NCBI GenBank assembly: GCA_903863425.1
Contig: CAIPBY010000036.1
Coordinates: 1-41,650, forward strand
Direction: 5' to 3'
DNA: 41,650 nucleotides
Origin: Candidatus Buchananbacteria bacterium
GTDB taxonomy: Bacteria > Patescibacteriota > Patescibacteriia > 2-01-FULL-39-33
The notes beneath the pieces are model-generated. The model saw only the letters and a program-made list of their open reading frames with translations, was not told where the DNA came from and made no database searches. The translations under genes and the position numbers were made by a program. Position 1 is the stretch's first letter. The number at the start of each line of letters is the position of its first letter. Below are positions 1-8,594 of the stretch, one piece after another.

Positions 1-79
1 AATATATATAAATATATTTGTGGTATTAGTTATTTTAAAAAGTATCTAAATTTAACTAATTTATAAATAAAATTTGAAC

Positions 80-108
80 TTGACATAAATTAGATAATAT
101 GATATTAT
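80..108 (+). promoter_or_regulatory. sigma70-type promoter TTGACA-17-TATTAT for GC-rich cassette 1 (gene A)
   Basis: TTGACA at 80-85, 17-nt spacer, TATTAT at 103-108. Lies in AT-rich DNA about 75 nt upstream of ATG 183. Confidence 0.55.
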
Positions 109-182
109 ATTCAATTGATGAATTGTATAGTAATGGCTGAATTTACTGGGCTTTAAGCTCATAATGAAGGGAGTAATGGAAA

Positions 183-1352
183 ATGCGAGTTCTTTACATT
201 GTTGCTGTTGTTTTGTTGTTGTCGGTTAGCGCGTTTGCTGGGAACACGGTTCGTGGTCCTGGTGGACAAGCAAGTAGTCTTCCAGAGGGTGGCGGGGGTG
301 CGATTCTTTCCCTTGATGTCTGGAAAAACATCCAAGAGGGGGAGGATAGTAATTTTCGTGCAGGGTTTGAGGCGGTGTTGGGCACTGCCAAAATAACTGA
401 CGTCCTTGGAAGGTCAATGACGTCGAAAAAACTTCTTCACGTATTGCCATATCTGGATTATGTGAAGAAGTTGGACGACGACTTCGCGTTCTTCGTTAAT
501 CTCTACGCCAAAGACGCCCAAGGGTTCGCCTTCGAGAAAAACTTCGAGCAGTGGGGCTTCGATACGGAAGCACTCATCGCTCGGATAAATGTAGGCGTGG
601 GGTTGTCGTGGAAAGTGGACGACGTCTGGACGTTGGCTCTCGAGGCAGATATTGGTGTCGAGCAATTGAAGTTGGACTACGCTTTCGACATCAACAGGTT
701 CTATTTGCCGATTCTTGCCAAGAGCAGGGCGTATGGAATCGGTATTGGTGCGACCGGAGCAGTAATATGTCAGGCAACTGAGAGGTTGCGACTTGGGCTG
801 CAAGTTTCGAGTCTAATGAACATTTACTGCAAGGGTCGCACTAAGCTGTTGCGAGGAAAGGTTAGTGACACCTGGACAGCCGAGATGCCTTTCCCGATGA
901 GTGTTACCGCAGCGGGATCATATCAGCTAACCGATCGACTCGGAGTTTGTGCCGACGTGAGTTGGTACGACTTCAAGGATGACCCTTTGATACTGAAGTT
1001 CAACCATTGGGGTTTCTCAAAACCTCTGGAGTTAGGCTTCGGCGGTGTCGTTGCAGTGAGGGGCGGGTTTAACTATCAGGCGACTGATTGGTTGAAGTTC
1101 CGCGTTGGCGGTGGTTGGATGACACAGGGGGTGGATCAGAAGTATGCTGATTCCACCACTACGGATTTTCCGGGGTGGTATGGTGCTCTCGGCTTCACTG
1201 CTCAAGTTACGGGGTCAATTGACATCAGTGTGGCTTACACCCACGCTGAGGGTCATAGTCAAGAACAGTCAATCCTGCCAGGAATTTTGCCAGGGAGCAA
1301 GATTGAAGGCGGGATTGAAACTTTGATGATAGAGGGTTGCTGGAAGTTTTAA
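183..1352 (+). CDS. secreted beta-barrel outer-membrane-type protein, tentatively FadL/TodX/OmpP1-like
   Basis: 389-aa ORF with AAGGGAG (167-173) 9 nt upstream of the ATG. Signal peptide MRVLYIVAVVLLLSVSAFA. Alternating hydrophobic beta-strand pattern (IDISVAYTHA, LKFRVGGGW, VVAVRGGFNYQA), rich in Gly and aromatics. Ends in ...GCWKF, a C-terminal Phe as in OMP beta-signals. GC visibly above the backbone. Family assigned by eye only. Confidence 0.75.
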   Translation: MRVLYIVAVVLLLSVSAFAGNTVRGPGGQASSLPEGGGGAILSLDVWKNIQEGEDSNFRAGFEAVLGTAKITDVLGRSMTSKKLLHVLPYLDYVKKLDDDFAFFVNLYAKDAQGFAFEKNFEQWGFDTEALIARINVGVGLSWKVDDVWTLALEADIGVEQLKLDYAFDINRFYLPILAKSRAYGIGIGATGAVICQATERLRLGLQVSSLMNIYCKGRTKLLRGKVSDTWTAEMPFPMSVTAAGSYQLTDRLGVCADVSWYDFKDDPLILKFNHWGFSKPLELGFGGVVAVRGGFNYQATDWLKFRVGGGWMTQGVDQKYADSTTTDFPGWYGALGFTAQVTGSIDISVAYTHAEGHSQEQSILPGILPGSKIEGGIETLMIEGCWKF

Positions 1353-1385
1353 GCTACCCCTAAACAAAAAAGAAAGGAGAATAAT

Positions 1386-1419
1386 GGGTCGTAAACGGAA
1401 TTACGACCCTATTTTATTT
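1386..1419 (+). terminator. intrinsic terminator after the OMP-like gene
   Basis: 9-bp stem GGGTCGTAA (1386-1394) / TTACGACCC (1401-1409), followed by TATTTTATTT. Confidence 0.65.
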
Positions 1420-1437
1420 GAATTATATTGTAATTAA

Positions 1438-1466
1438 TTGACAAAAAACGATATTTATGATATTCT
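1438..1466 (+). promoter_or_regulatory. sigma70-type promoter TTGACA-17-TATTCT for the methyltransferase gene
   Basis: TTGACA at 1438-1443, 17-nt spacer, TATTCT at 1461-1466. Leaves a 5' UTR of roughly 130 nt before ATG 1601. Confidence 0.5.
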
Positions 1467-1600
1467 TATATAAGGTTATTTTGACCTTTTGTACATATAA
1501 AATTGTCTAAAGTTAGCTCTTGACTTGGTAGTCGGGAGTTTGGAATATTGTTTTGAAGTGGAAGCTACTGGACTGACGAAGTCCAAGACGGAGGTATATC

Positions 1601-2515
1601 ATGGCAAGTGTAGTGAGTAGTAAAGTAGAGGCATTGGGAAAACGGGTGGTCCACTTCGGCGACGAGATGGACTTCATTCCGGCACGTATCCGGCAGCTTC
1701 TGGAGACGGATTGGGTCAACGCGGATGTGCGTGATTGTTTTCTCGCCAAGTCGGAAATATGCCGGATATTGCGCAAAAATCCGGCTGATTGGGAGATGCT
1801 GGATATCGTCTACTATGGCGCGTCCCCTCGCGATGGCGTCTCGCTTAGTCGAGCTGACCATTGGCTGTCCGGATCCCTTTCAGGCCAGGCTCTTCGTGAC
1901 CGTCTCAAGGTTGTTAGTTCCTGGACGGCTCGTTACATCACGAAGGCGCTGGAAGTTGATGGACGACTCACGGTGCTCGATTTAGGAGCTGGCCCGGCGC
2001 CGTATGCTCTCGAAGCCCTGAAAGCTATTCCTGATTGTTCGGAGAGGCTGAGTTGGAGGTGTGTTGACCTCGATCAGCTATCGCTTGACGAAGGCGAAAA
2101 GCGGGCACGGGAGCACGGCTTTGAGAGAGTTCTGGAGTTTAAGAACATGGACTTCTTGTCTTCCCGTAACGCCCCGGAAGCTGACGACCCCAGAGCCGAC
2201 TTCGGTCTGCTCGTGGGCATTCTGTGTGGGATGAGTCCGGCGGAAGCGGTCTCCTGCTTGCAGAAGATTAAGATGTTCTTCCGGCCTGGGGCGGAATTGA
2301 TCGTGCCGACGTTGCTCAATCAGGCGTTCGAGGAGGATCCGCAGACGTTTCGCGTCCTCTGCAACGTCCTGGGCTGGCAACTTAAGCCCAAGTCGTTGGA
2401 CGAGGTGCGTGAAGTATTCGTAACGGCGGGGTACATCGTCAACGATATCTTCAGCGAAAGGGAAGGTGGTAACGGCCAGTACGCAATCGTGCATGCGGCC
2501 ATACCTCAACCCTGA
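1601..2515 (+). CDS. class I SAM-dependent methyltransferase, substrate unknown
   Basis: 304-aa ORF with GGAGG (1590-1594) 6 nt upstream of the ATG. Motif I VLDLGAGPAPYA, then downstream acidic-loop patterns (CVDLD, KNMDF) typical of Rossmann-fold SAM methyltransferases. GC-rich like 183-1352. Confidence 0.75.
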   Translation: MASVVSSKVEALGKRVVHFGDEMDFIPARIRQLLETDWVNADVRDCFLAKSEICRILRKNPADWEMLDIVYYGASPRDGVSLSRADHWLSGSLSGQALRDRLKVVSSWTARYITKALEVDGRLTVLDLGAGPAPYALEALKAIPDCSERLSWRCVDLDQLSLDEGEKRAREHGFERVLEFKNMDFLSSRNAPEADDPRADFGLLVGILCGMSPAEAVSCLQKIKMFFRPGAELIVPTLLNQAFEEDPQTFRVLCNVLGWQLKPKSLDEVREVFVTAGYIVNDIFSEREGGNGQYAIVHAAIPQP

Positions 2516-2539
2516 CGCGAAGCCGATACTTCGCGTGGT

Positions 2540-2582
2540 CCGGGAAACTTGTAACAGAGTTTTCCCGGGCCGTATTTTTTTT
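2540..2582 (+). terminator. intrinsic terminator closing GC-rich cassette 1
   Basis: Stem CCGGGAAACT (2540-2549) / AGTTTTCCCGG (2558-2568) with one bulge, followed by a T-run at 2575-2582. A second hairpin ACGCGAAG/CTTCGCGT lies just upstream. Composition switches to AT-rich immediately after. Confidence 0.7.
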
Positions 2583-2615
2583 GTCAAAATTATGTTAAAA
2601 TATAATTATAATATT

Positions 2616-4877
2616 ATGCAGGCATCATATATATTTTTTTCCCTGTCCGCAGTTATAAGTGCTTTTATCAGCACGCTCTTTGGTTTTTTTATTTATTTCC
2701 GCAATAAACAAAGCAAGATGAACAAAACATTTGCTTTGTTTTGTTTTGGGGTTACTATCTGGTCTATTCCCTATATTTTCTGGCCTCTTGCTACCACAGC
2801 CAAGGAAACTTTGCTGGCTTTCCAGTTATTGCATATTGGAGCATGCTATGTTTCTATATTTTATTTCCATTTTACGGTGAGATGGCTGGAAATATTTGAA
2901 AAAAAGAAAAAAATAATTTATGTGGGTTATATTTTGGCTACTCTTTTTGCCCTCTCTATTCCGACGCCTTTTTTTATAAAGGATATAGTGCCAAAATTTT
3001 CTATGAGATATTGGGCAGAGCCGGGAATATTATATCATTTTTTTCTCGTAATGTTTTTTGGATATTTCCTTTATTCTTCCTATCTTTTATTCAAAGCTTA
3101 TAGGGAATCAACGGGAGTAAGGAAATTTCAAATAAAATATATTTTGGTTGGAATGGTCTTGGCTTTCCTGGGTGGTTCAACCAATTATTTTTTGTGGTAT
3201 AACATCAATATACCTCCTTATGGTAATATTTTTTCTTGTTCGTTTGTAATATTCACAGCCTATGCGATTATCAAATATCGTTTCATGGATATCCGTATTA
3301 TTGCCCGTTCATCAGCCATTTATTTTCTAGATGCCTTATATACTTATGCAGTTTTCTCTTTGTTATTAATTATATATAACTTATTTTGGGGGACGGTTTA
3401 TAATAATTATTCCTTGATAGCGGGGATTTTTGTTGCTCCATTTTTTGTCTTAGGATTATTTTGGGTGCATAACACCGCCACAAAATTTTTAAATAAATAT
3501 GTCTTCCATTCACTTTATGATTATCAGTTAGCAATTTCTAAGTTGACGCAGGAGTTAAATCGTTATACTGATTTGAATGGGATTGTAGATCTTATTGTTG
3601 ATACAATCAAGAAAACCATGGACTTGGAGAGGGCGGGAGTTTTACTGATTAACTCCGATATTTTGCCTGTAAAGTTTCAAATTGCCAAAGTGGTCGGATT
3701 TAATGAACATAACGGCATCAGTCTCGTCTCTGATAATTTATTGACCAAACATTTAGAGAGAACGCAGAAGCCTTTAGTCGGAGATGAACTATCTATGATT
3801 TCGCGTGATGCCAAGAATAAAAAAGATTCACAGAGGTTTCTGGAGTTGAGGGATTATATGAAGCACATTGAGGCTGCCCTTTGCCTACCGCTTATTATAA
3901 ATAATAAATTAATAGGCATGGTTGTATTGGGAGGCAAGAATTCTACAGAGCCTTATACTCAGCAGGATTTAGAGTTGTTGTCGATAATGTCTTTTCAGGC
4001 AGCTATTGCCATTGATAAGGCAAGACTGTATAAAAAAGTAAATGATTTTAATAAAACTCTCCAACAAAAAGTTGATGAGCAGACTAAGGATCTAAAAGAT
4101 AAGGCGGCTCATCTCGAAAAACTTCTTCAAATGCGTACGGAATTCCTCGACATTGCATCGCATCAGCTCAAGACGCCAATCTCGGTCATCCGAGGGACGA
4201 TTTCCATGTTTGAAGAGGGAAGCATGGATAAGGTGCCGGAAGCCAAGCGCAAAGAATTCTTCCATAATATCGCGGTTAAGGCAGATAAACTAAATGCAAT
4301 TATTAGTGATATTTTGCGGGCCTCGGAAATGGACACAGATGAATTTAAGCTGGATGATAAGACTTCTTCGCCTGAGCAAATCGAGGATATTGTGAAATCA
4401 GTTGACAGCCAATTGCATGCTTCGGCTAATGCCAAGAATGTGGAATTGATAATTGAGACACCGAAGACAAAATTACCCAAGGTGATGACCAGCGGAGAAT
4501 TCTTGGAGCAGGCCATTTATAATTTAGTGGATAATGGCATTAAATATACACAAAAAGGATTTGTTAAGGTTATCTTGTCGCAAGAGGGTGGCAATGTTAT
4601 TATTAAAGTCCAAGATTCTGGTATTGGTATCCCGACCAAGGAGCAGAAGAAAATATTTGATAAGTTTGCTCGTGGTACCAATGCGGTGAATATGTACACT
4701 GACGGTTCAGGATTGGGATTGTTTATTGTTAAGAAGATTATAGAAGCGCACAAGGGAGGACAAATCAGTGTACAGAGTGAAGAAGGCAAGGGCACGACGT
4801 TTATTGTCAGCTTGCCGGCGGTGGCAAATAGGATTAAAACAAAAACGGTTTTAAAATCGAGGATGAAAGGCAAATAA
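2616..4877 (+). CDS. sensor histidine kinase with polytopic membrane N-terminus, GAF-like domain, HisKA and HATPase_c
   Basis: The tracked ORF starts at 2466 inside the GC-rich terminator region. Realistic starts are ATG 2616 (MQASYIFF, used here) or ATG 2592. Multiple hydrophobic helices occupy the first ~330 aa. H-box SHQLKTPISVIRG, N-box DNGIKYT, G1 DSGIGIP, G2 GSGLGL. Confidence 0.85.
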   Translation: MQASYIFFSLSAVISAFISTLFGFFIYFRNKQSKMNKTFALFCFGVTIWSIPYIFWPLATTAKETLLAFQLLHIGACYVSIFYFHFTVRWLEIFEKKKKIIYVGYILATLFALSIPTPFFIKDIVPKFSMRYWAEPGILYHFFLVMFFGYFLYSSYLLFKAYRESTGVRKFQIKYILVGMVLAFLGGSTNYFLWYNINIPPYGNIFSCSFVIFTAYAIIKYRFMDIRIIARSSAIYFLDALYTYAVFSLLLIIYNLFWGTVYNNYSLIAGIFVAPFFVLGLFWVHNTATKFLNKYVFHSLYDYQLAISKLTQELNRYTDLNGIVDLIVDTIKKTMDLERAGVLLINSDILPVKFQIAKVVGFNEHNGISLVSDNLLTKHLERTQKPLVGDELSMISRDAKNKKDSQRFLELRDYMKHIEAALCLPLIINNKLIGMVVLGGKNSTEPYTQQDLELLSIMSFQAAIAIDKARLYKKVNDFNKTLQQKVDEQTKDLKDKAAHLEKLLQMRTEFLDIASHQLKTPISVIRGTISMFEEGSMDKVPEAKRKEFFHNIAVKADKLNAIISDILRASEMDTDEFKLDDKTSSPEQIEDIVKSVDSQLHASANAKNVELIIETPKTKLPKVMTSGEFLEQAIYNLVDNGIKYTQKGFVKVILSQEGGNVIIKVQDSGIGIPTKEQKKIFDKFARGTNAVNMYTDGSGLGLFIVKKIIEAHKGGQISVQSEEGKGTTFIVSLPAVANRIKTKTVLKSRMKGK

Positions 4878-4970
4878 TTAAAATTATTTGATATATTTAT
4901 CCTTATTATGCTATGATGGGGCAAAGTCAATGAGGCAATAATGGTTGCCATTTATTGTTAATAATCCAAT

Positions 4971-5516
4971 ATGATCAAAAAAATTCCCAAAGATGAATAT
5001 TATTTAAAAATTGCTGAGACGGTGGCGATCAAAAGTCGTTGTTTGTCAGTCGCTTTTGGCTGTATTGTCGTCAAAGATGATCAGATTATTTCCACCGGCT
5101 ATGTCGGGGCGCCTCGAAAGACCATGGATTGTATCGAGTTAGGATATTGCATAAGAAGAAAAAAAATGATTAAGTCCGGAACCGGATATGAGATGTGTCG
5201 TTCTGTCCATGCGGAGATGAACGCCATAATCAATGCGGCTAGAGCAGGAACATCCCTTTTGGGTGCTGACATGTTTTTGTTTACCTTTAAAAGAGAAGGT
5301 GATAATTTAGTGACGGTCGATTCTTATCCTTGCTTGCTTTGCAAAAAAATGATTATTAATGCCGGCATCAGTCGTTTCGTGGGTAATGATATTAATGGAG
5401 ATTCAAAAGTATATCAAGTCAGCGATTGGGTTAATGATTGGCAAACATTGGAGGATTTAACCAAAGATAAAGATCGGTATCATACCAATTATTATGAAAG
5501 CGATAAAAATCAATAA
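4971..5516 (+). CDS. dCMP / deoxycytidylate deaminase family protein
   Basis: Zinc and catalytic motifs VHAEMNAI and PCLLCKKMIINAGI, typical of ComEB/dCMP deaminases. Confidence 0.85.
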   Translation: MIKKIPKDEYYLKIAETVAIKSRCLSVAFGCIVVKDDQIISTGYVGAPRKTMDCIELGYCIRRKKMIKSGTGYEMCRSVHAEMNAIINAARAGTSLLGADMFLFTFKREGDNLVTVDSYPCLLCKKMIINAGISRFVGNDINGDSKVYQVSDWVNDWQTLEDLTKDKDRYHTNYYESDKNQ

Positions 5517-6477
5517 GAATTTAAAATTATTGGGCAGGTTTAGGGATGAAGATTCGACGGAAAAGTTTGTTTTTGACTCTCCGAGAGGCATTATTGAACT
5601 CACTTGGGTAAGAAATAAAAAAGGCATTTCCGTATTTTGTCTGCCCACCCATCATTATTGCAATCTCGGTTGCAAATTTTGCCATTTGACTGAGGAGCAT
5701 GAGGGCATAGATAAAAAGATGATTCCAATCAAGGCAGAAGATTTAAGTGTGGCCCTAGATTATGTAATGGCTAATTATGTAAAAGATAAAAAAATTCTCT
5801 TGTCTTTTATGGGTGTTGGCGAGCCATTTCTAAATTTAGATTTGATATTTAAGATGTTCGATCTTAATAAGCATAAAAAGGGGTTTGTTTTCGGTTATGC
5901 TCTGGCCACCATGATGTTATCACCTACAGGATTTAAAAAGATTTATCAAAGAATAAAACAAGACGACATACCGATTAAAATACATTTTTCCTTGCATTCC
6001 CCAATAGACAAAATTAGACATTCAATTATTCCAAGTTCACGAGATACAATCAGTCAATGCTTGAAACAATTAAAAAAATATCAAATAATTGTTAAAAATA
6101 AAAAAGAAATAACCAACAACTTATCTAAATTTCATAAAACCACAGATCCCGTAGAAATACATTATGCAATCATTAAAGACATAAATGATAGCGAAAAAGA
6201 TTTAATTAAATTGATAAATATAGGGAAGGAATACGAGATACCATTAAAAATTTTGAAATTTAATCCCACTGAGTCATTAGAAAGAAGCCGTCAAGAGCAA
6301 AATTGGATTAAACGATTAAAAGCGGAATATGGAGCTTCGTTTGCATATTATGCCCCTCCAGGACCGAATATAGGAAGTTCTTGTGGTCAATTTACAAAGC
6401 ATTATTATTTAGGGTCTCATAGTAAGGAGCAATTGAAAGAGTTTAATAAATGGAAACTTCAATATGAGGTTAGGTAG
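5494..6477 (+). CDS. radical-SAM enzyme of the RlmN/Cfr methyl-synthase type (divergent)
   Basis: CNLGCKFC (CX3CX2C) cluster motif with an extra Cys 7 residues upstream. Also MGVGEPFLNL, SLHSP and a C-terminal SSCGQF, matching the two mechanistic cysteines of RlmN/Cfr. Overlaps the deaminase gene by 23 nt. Confidence 0.65.
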   Translation: MKAIKINKNLKLLGRFRDEDSTEKFVFDSPRGIIELTWVRNKKGISVFCLPTHHYCNLGCKFCHLTEEHEGIDKKMIPIKAEDLSVALDYVMANYVKDKKILLSFMGVGEPFLNLDLIFKMFDLNKHKKGFVFGYALATMMLSPTGFKKIYQRIKQDDIPIKIHFSLHSPIDKIRHSIIPSSRDTISQCLKQLKKYQIIVKNKKEITNNLSKFHKTTDPVEIHYAIIKDINDSEKDLIKLINIGKEYEIPLKILKFNPTESLERSRQEQNWIKRLKAEYGASFAYYAPPGPNIGSSCGQFTKHYYLGSHSKEQLKEFNKWKLQYEVR

Positions 6478-6527
6478 CTGGTTCAAAAATTAAGACTCGA
6501 TAATATTTGCAGTAATTTAATCTTTTC

Positions 6528-7400
6528 ATGCCGTCAAAGATAAATTTAAAAAAGTTCCAGCCAAAGTGTAGGGTTGGCGCACATGTCTCGTCCGCAGGAG
6601 ATGTGGCTATGACGCCACTTAGAGCTCAAGAGCTGAGATGCGAGTGTTTCCAATTCTTTTCACGACCGCCACAAGGCGGGCCAGCTAAGCCGATTGATAA
6701 GAAGATGGCTGATTTATTTATCTCCAGATGTCAGGATTTGAAAATGGAAGCATACATCCACGCGCCGTATTATATTAATCTTGCTTCGGCCAATAATCGG
6801 ATATATTATGGATCTATTTCGGTAATTAAGGAGGAGCTTGCGCGAGGAAGCCAGCTTGGTGTAAAGTATCTGATGACGCATCTGGGAAGCGCTAAGGAAT
6901 TGGGAGATAAAGAGGGAATTAAAAAAACTATCAAAGGTATTGGAGAAATTTTGAAAGGTTACAAAGGAAACTGTGAATTCTTGATTGAAATGGCGGCTGG
7001 CTCGGGCAGTATTATGGGCGACACTTTTGAGGAAATTGGTAGTATTGTAAATTCCAAAGAGTTGAAAAAATATAATATCGGAATTTGTTTCGACACATGC
7101 CACGGATTTGCTTCGGGCTATGATTTGCGAGACGAGAAAGTAGTGAAAAAGACTTTTTTGCAATTTGATAAAATTTTGGGAATCAAACGATTGAAATTAA
7201 TCCACGCCAATGATTCTATGACTGAATTGAATTCCAAGAAAGACAGGCATGAGCATATTGGAGAGGGGAAGATTGGTTTGGCAGGATTCAAAGCGATTGT
7301 GAAATTAGCTTGTAAGCAGAAAATTAATTTGATTCTCGAGACGCAACATGATGAGAAGTTTGAAAATGATTTGAAAATTTTAAAAAGGTTGAGGAAGTAA
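6528..7400 (+). CDS. nfo: endonuclease IV (AP endonuclease family 2)
   Basis: HAPYYINLAS, THLGS, FDTCH, IHANDS and ILETQ motifs in the order typical of Nfo. Confidence 0.85.
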   Translation: MPSKINLKKFQPKCRVGAHVSSAGDVAMTPLRAQELRCECFQFFSRPPQGGPAKPIDKKMADLFISRCQDLKMEAYIHAPYYINLASANNRIYYGSISVIKEELARGSQLGVKYLMTHLGSAKELGDKEGIKKTIKGIGEILKGYKGNCEFLIEMAAGSGSIMGDTFEEIGSIVNSKELKKYNIGICFDTCHGFASGYDLRDEKVVKKTFLQFDKILGIKRLKLIHANDSMTELNSKKDRHEHIGEGKIGLAGFKAIVKLACKQKINLILETQHDEKFENDLKILKRLRK

Positions 7401-7402
7401 AT

Positions 7403-7909
7403 ATGCTTATCGCAATAATTTCTGATTCCCACGACAACATCTATAATATAGAGAAGTTCTTGGACTGGGCAGAGAAAAATAAAATTGAAATGATCATTCA
7501 TTGCGGAGATATTTGCGCTGCTTCAGTAATGAGATTGTTCGGTGAAAGATTCAATGGCCAGATTTATTTCGTTCTAGGTAATGTCGTCAGTGGTTTAGAA
7601 ACGCTAAAGAAAAAATCGGCTGATTTAAATAACGTTGTAATTTATTATGATGGAGTTGGAGAATTGAAGATTGAAGGACAAAGGATTGGTTTTTGCCATT
7701 ATCCTGATCAAGCCAATGTAATGGCTAGTTCGGGGGAGTATGATTTGGTATTTTATGGCCACGATCATAAACCCTGGATGAAAACATTAGATAATGGATG
7801 CCAGTTGATTAATCCAGGAACCTTGGCTGGCATGTTTAATAAGGCGACGTTTGCGACCTATGATACGGAGAGTAAGAAGATAGAGTTGGTTTTGGTGGAA
7901 AACACATGA
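7403..7909 (+). CDS. YfcE/MJ0936-type metallophosphoesterase
   Basis: ISDSHDN, HCGD and GHDHKP metallophosphoesterase motifs. The start codon lies 3 nt after the nfo stop. Confidence 0.8.
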   Translation: MLIAIISDSHDNIYNIEKFLDWAEKNKIEMIIHCGDICAASVMRLFGERFNGQIYFVLGNVVSGLETLKKKSADLNNVVIYYDGVGELKIEGQRIGFCHYPDQANVMASSGEYDLVFYGHDHKPWMKTLDNGCQLINPGTLAGMFNKATFATYDTESKKIELVLVENT

Positions 7910-7911
7910 TT

Positions 7912-7986
7912 AATTTTCAATTTTCAATTTTTATAATTTTAAAATTAGTGAATTGAAAATTGTTTGTAAATTGAAAATCGAAAATT
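7912..7986. repeat. AT-rich inverted repeat built from AATTTTCAATT / AATTGAAAATT units
   Basis: AATTTTCAATTTTCAATT (7912-7929) is the reverse complement of AATTGAAAATTG (7951-7962) and of AAATTGAAAATCGAAAATT (7968-7986). Related units occur at 35879-35945 and 29209-29224. Confidence 0.6.
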
Positions 7987-7993
7987 AAAAATT

Positions 7994-8218
7994 ATGAAAC
8001 AGATTTTAGTTGAAGCTAGGCCGAACTCATCGAAAGTAAGTATTGAGAAAGTGACAGATCAGGTGTACAAGGTGAAGCTTACTGCTCCACCCGTTGATGG
8101 CAAGGCCAATATTCAGTTGATAAAAGTTCTCGCAGATTATTTTGAGGTGAGTAAGAGTCAAGTAACAATCAAGGCCGGGAAAACGTCAAAAACCAAGGTG
8201 GTGATAATATCTGGATAA
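7994..8218 (+). CDS. DUF167 (YggU-like) small protein
   Basis: 74 aa with the pattern PPVDGKANIQLIKVLADYF ... KSQVTIKAGKTSKTKVV, characteristic of DUF167. Confidence 0.75.
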   Translation: MKQILVEARPNSSKVSIEKVTDQVYKVKLTAPPVDGKANIQLIKVLADYFEVSKSQVTIKAGKTSKTKVVIISG

Positions 8219-8261
8219 GCTGAAGACAATCCTAGTTGAATATAATTAGAAAATAAGCTAT

Positions 8262-8288
8262 AATCCCTTATGCGGCATGGGATTTTTG
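8262..8288 (+). terminator. intrinsic terminator after the DUF167 gene
   Basis: AATCCC (8262-8267) / GGGATT (8279-8284) stem followed by a T-run. Confidence 0.5.
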
Positions 8289-8349
8289 GTTGTTTTTCTG
8301 TAATTTTGCCTAAAATTAGTAAAAATTGTAAATTTTAATCTAATCCAAC

Positions 8350-8378
8350 TTGACAAATAATGGCTCACGTGATAGAAT
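8350..8378 (+). promoter_or_regulatory. sigma70-type promoter TTGACA-17-TAGAAT driving the candidate ncRNA
   Basis: TTGACA at 8350-8355, 17-nt spacer, TAGAAT at 8373-8378. No ORF follows it. Confidence 0.6.
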
Positions 8379-8594
8379 ATTATATTGCGTAAAGGGAGGA
8401 CATTACCATTCATGACTCTGCAGGCACGACAAGCATGGGATTATGACAAGGATTATTTTGGTCCCACAAGACTCGAATTTTACCTTAGAATAATTTCTTG
8501 TCTGCAGGGTTATGAGTAGTATTTAGCAATCTGCGAGCCCGTAAAATTTCAAATTTGTCACCTTCCAATTAAATTTGAGAAAACTTTTATTTCT

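Noticed and set aside
1384-1437. A 17-aa mini-ORF (MGRKRNYDPILFELYCN) with a perfect AAAGGAGAATA-ATG context after the OMP-like gene.
   Set aside because: Its first half coincides exactly with the 9-bp terminator stem-loop of the upstream gene and runs into the next promoter. It is more economically explained as terminator sequence, though a leader or attenuator peptide cannot be fully excluded.
2466-2615. The tracked 803-aa ORF starts at 2466, which would make the kinase overlap the methyltransferase gene by 50 nt.
   Set aside because: The first 42-50 codons run through the GC-rich 3' end and terminator hairpins of cassette 1, with no SD. The hydrophobic kinase N-terminus begins right after ATG 2616 (or 2592), in AT-rich DNA preceded by -10-like boxes.
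4517-4951. A 144-aa minus-strand ORF, and other antisense ORFs inside backbone genes (for example 6714-7163, 7118-7501, 9332-9709, 19349-19906, 29089-29415, 30416-30991, 33598-34656, 35026-35611).
   Set aside because: All lie antisense to, or out of frame with, strongly supported genes and give low-complexity translations. ORF 29089-29415 is largely the translated GC-rich repeat element plus antisense tsaE.
7912-7986. Short AT-rich repeats here and at 35850-35947, considered as a possible CRISPR array.
   Set aside because: The units are 11-14 nt, irregularly spaced and partly inverted, with no spacers of uniform length and no cas genes. This is not CRISPR-like.
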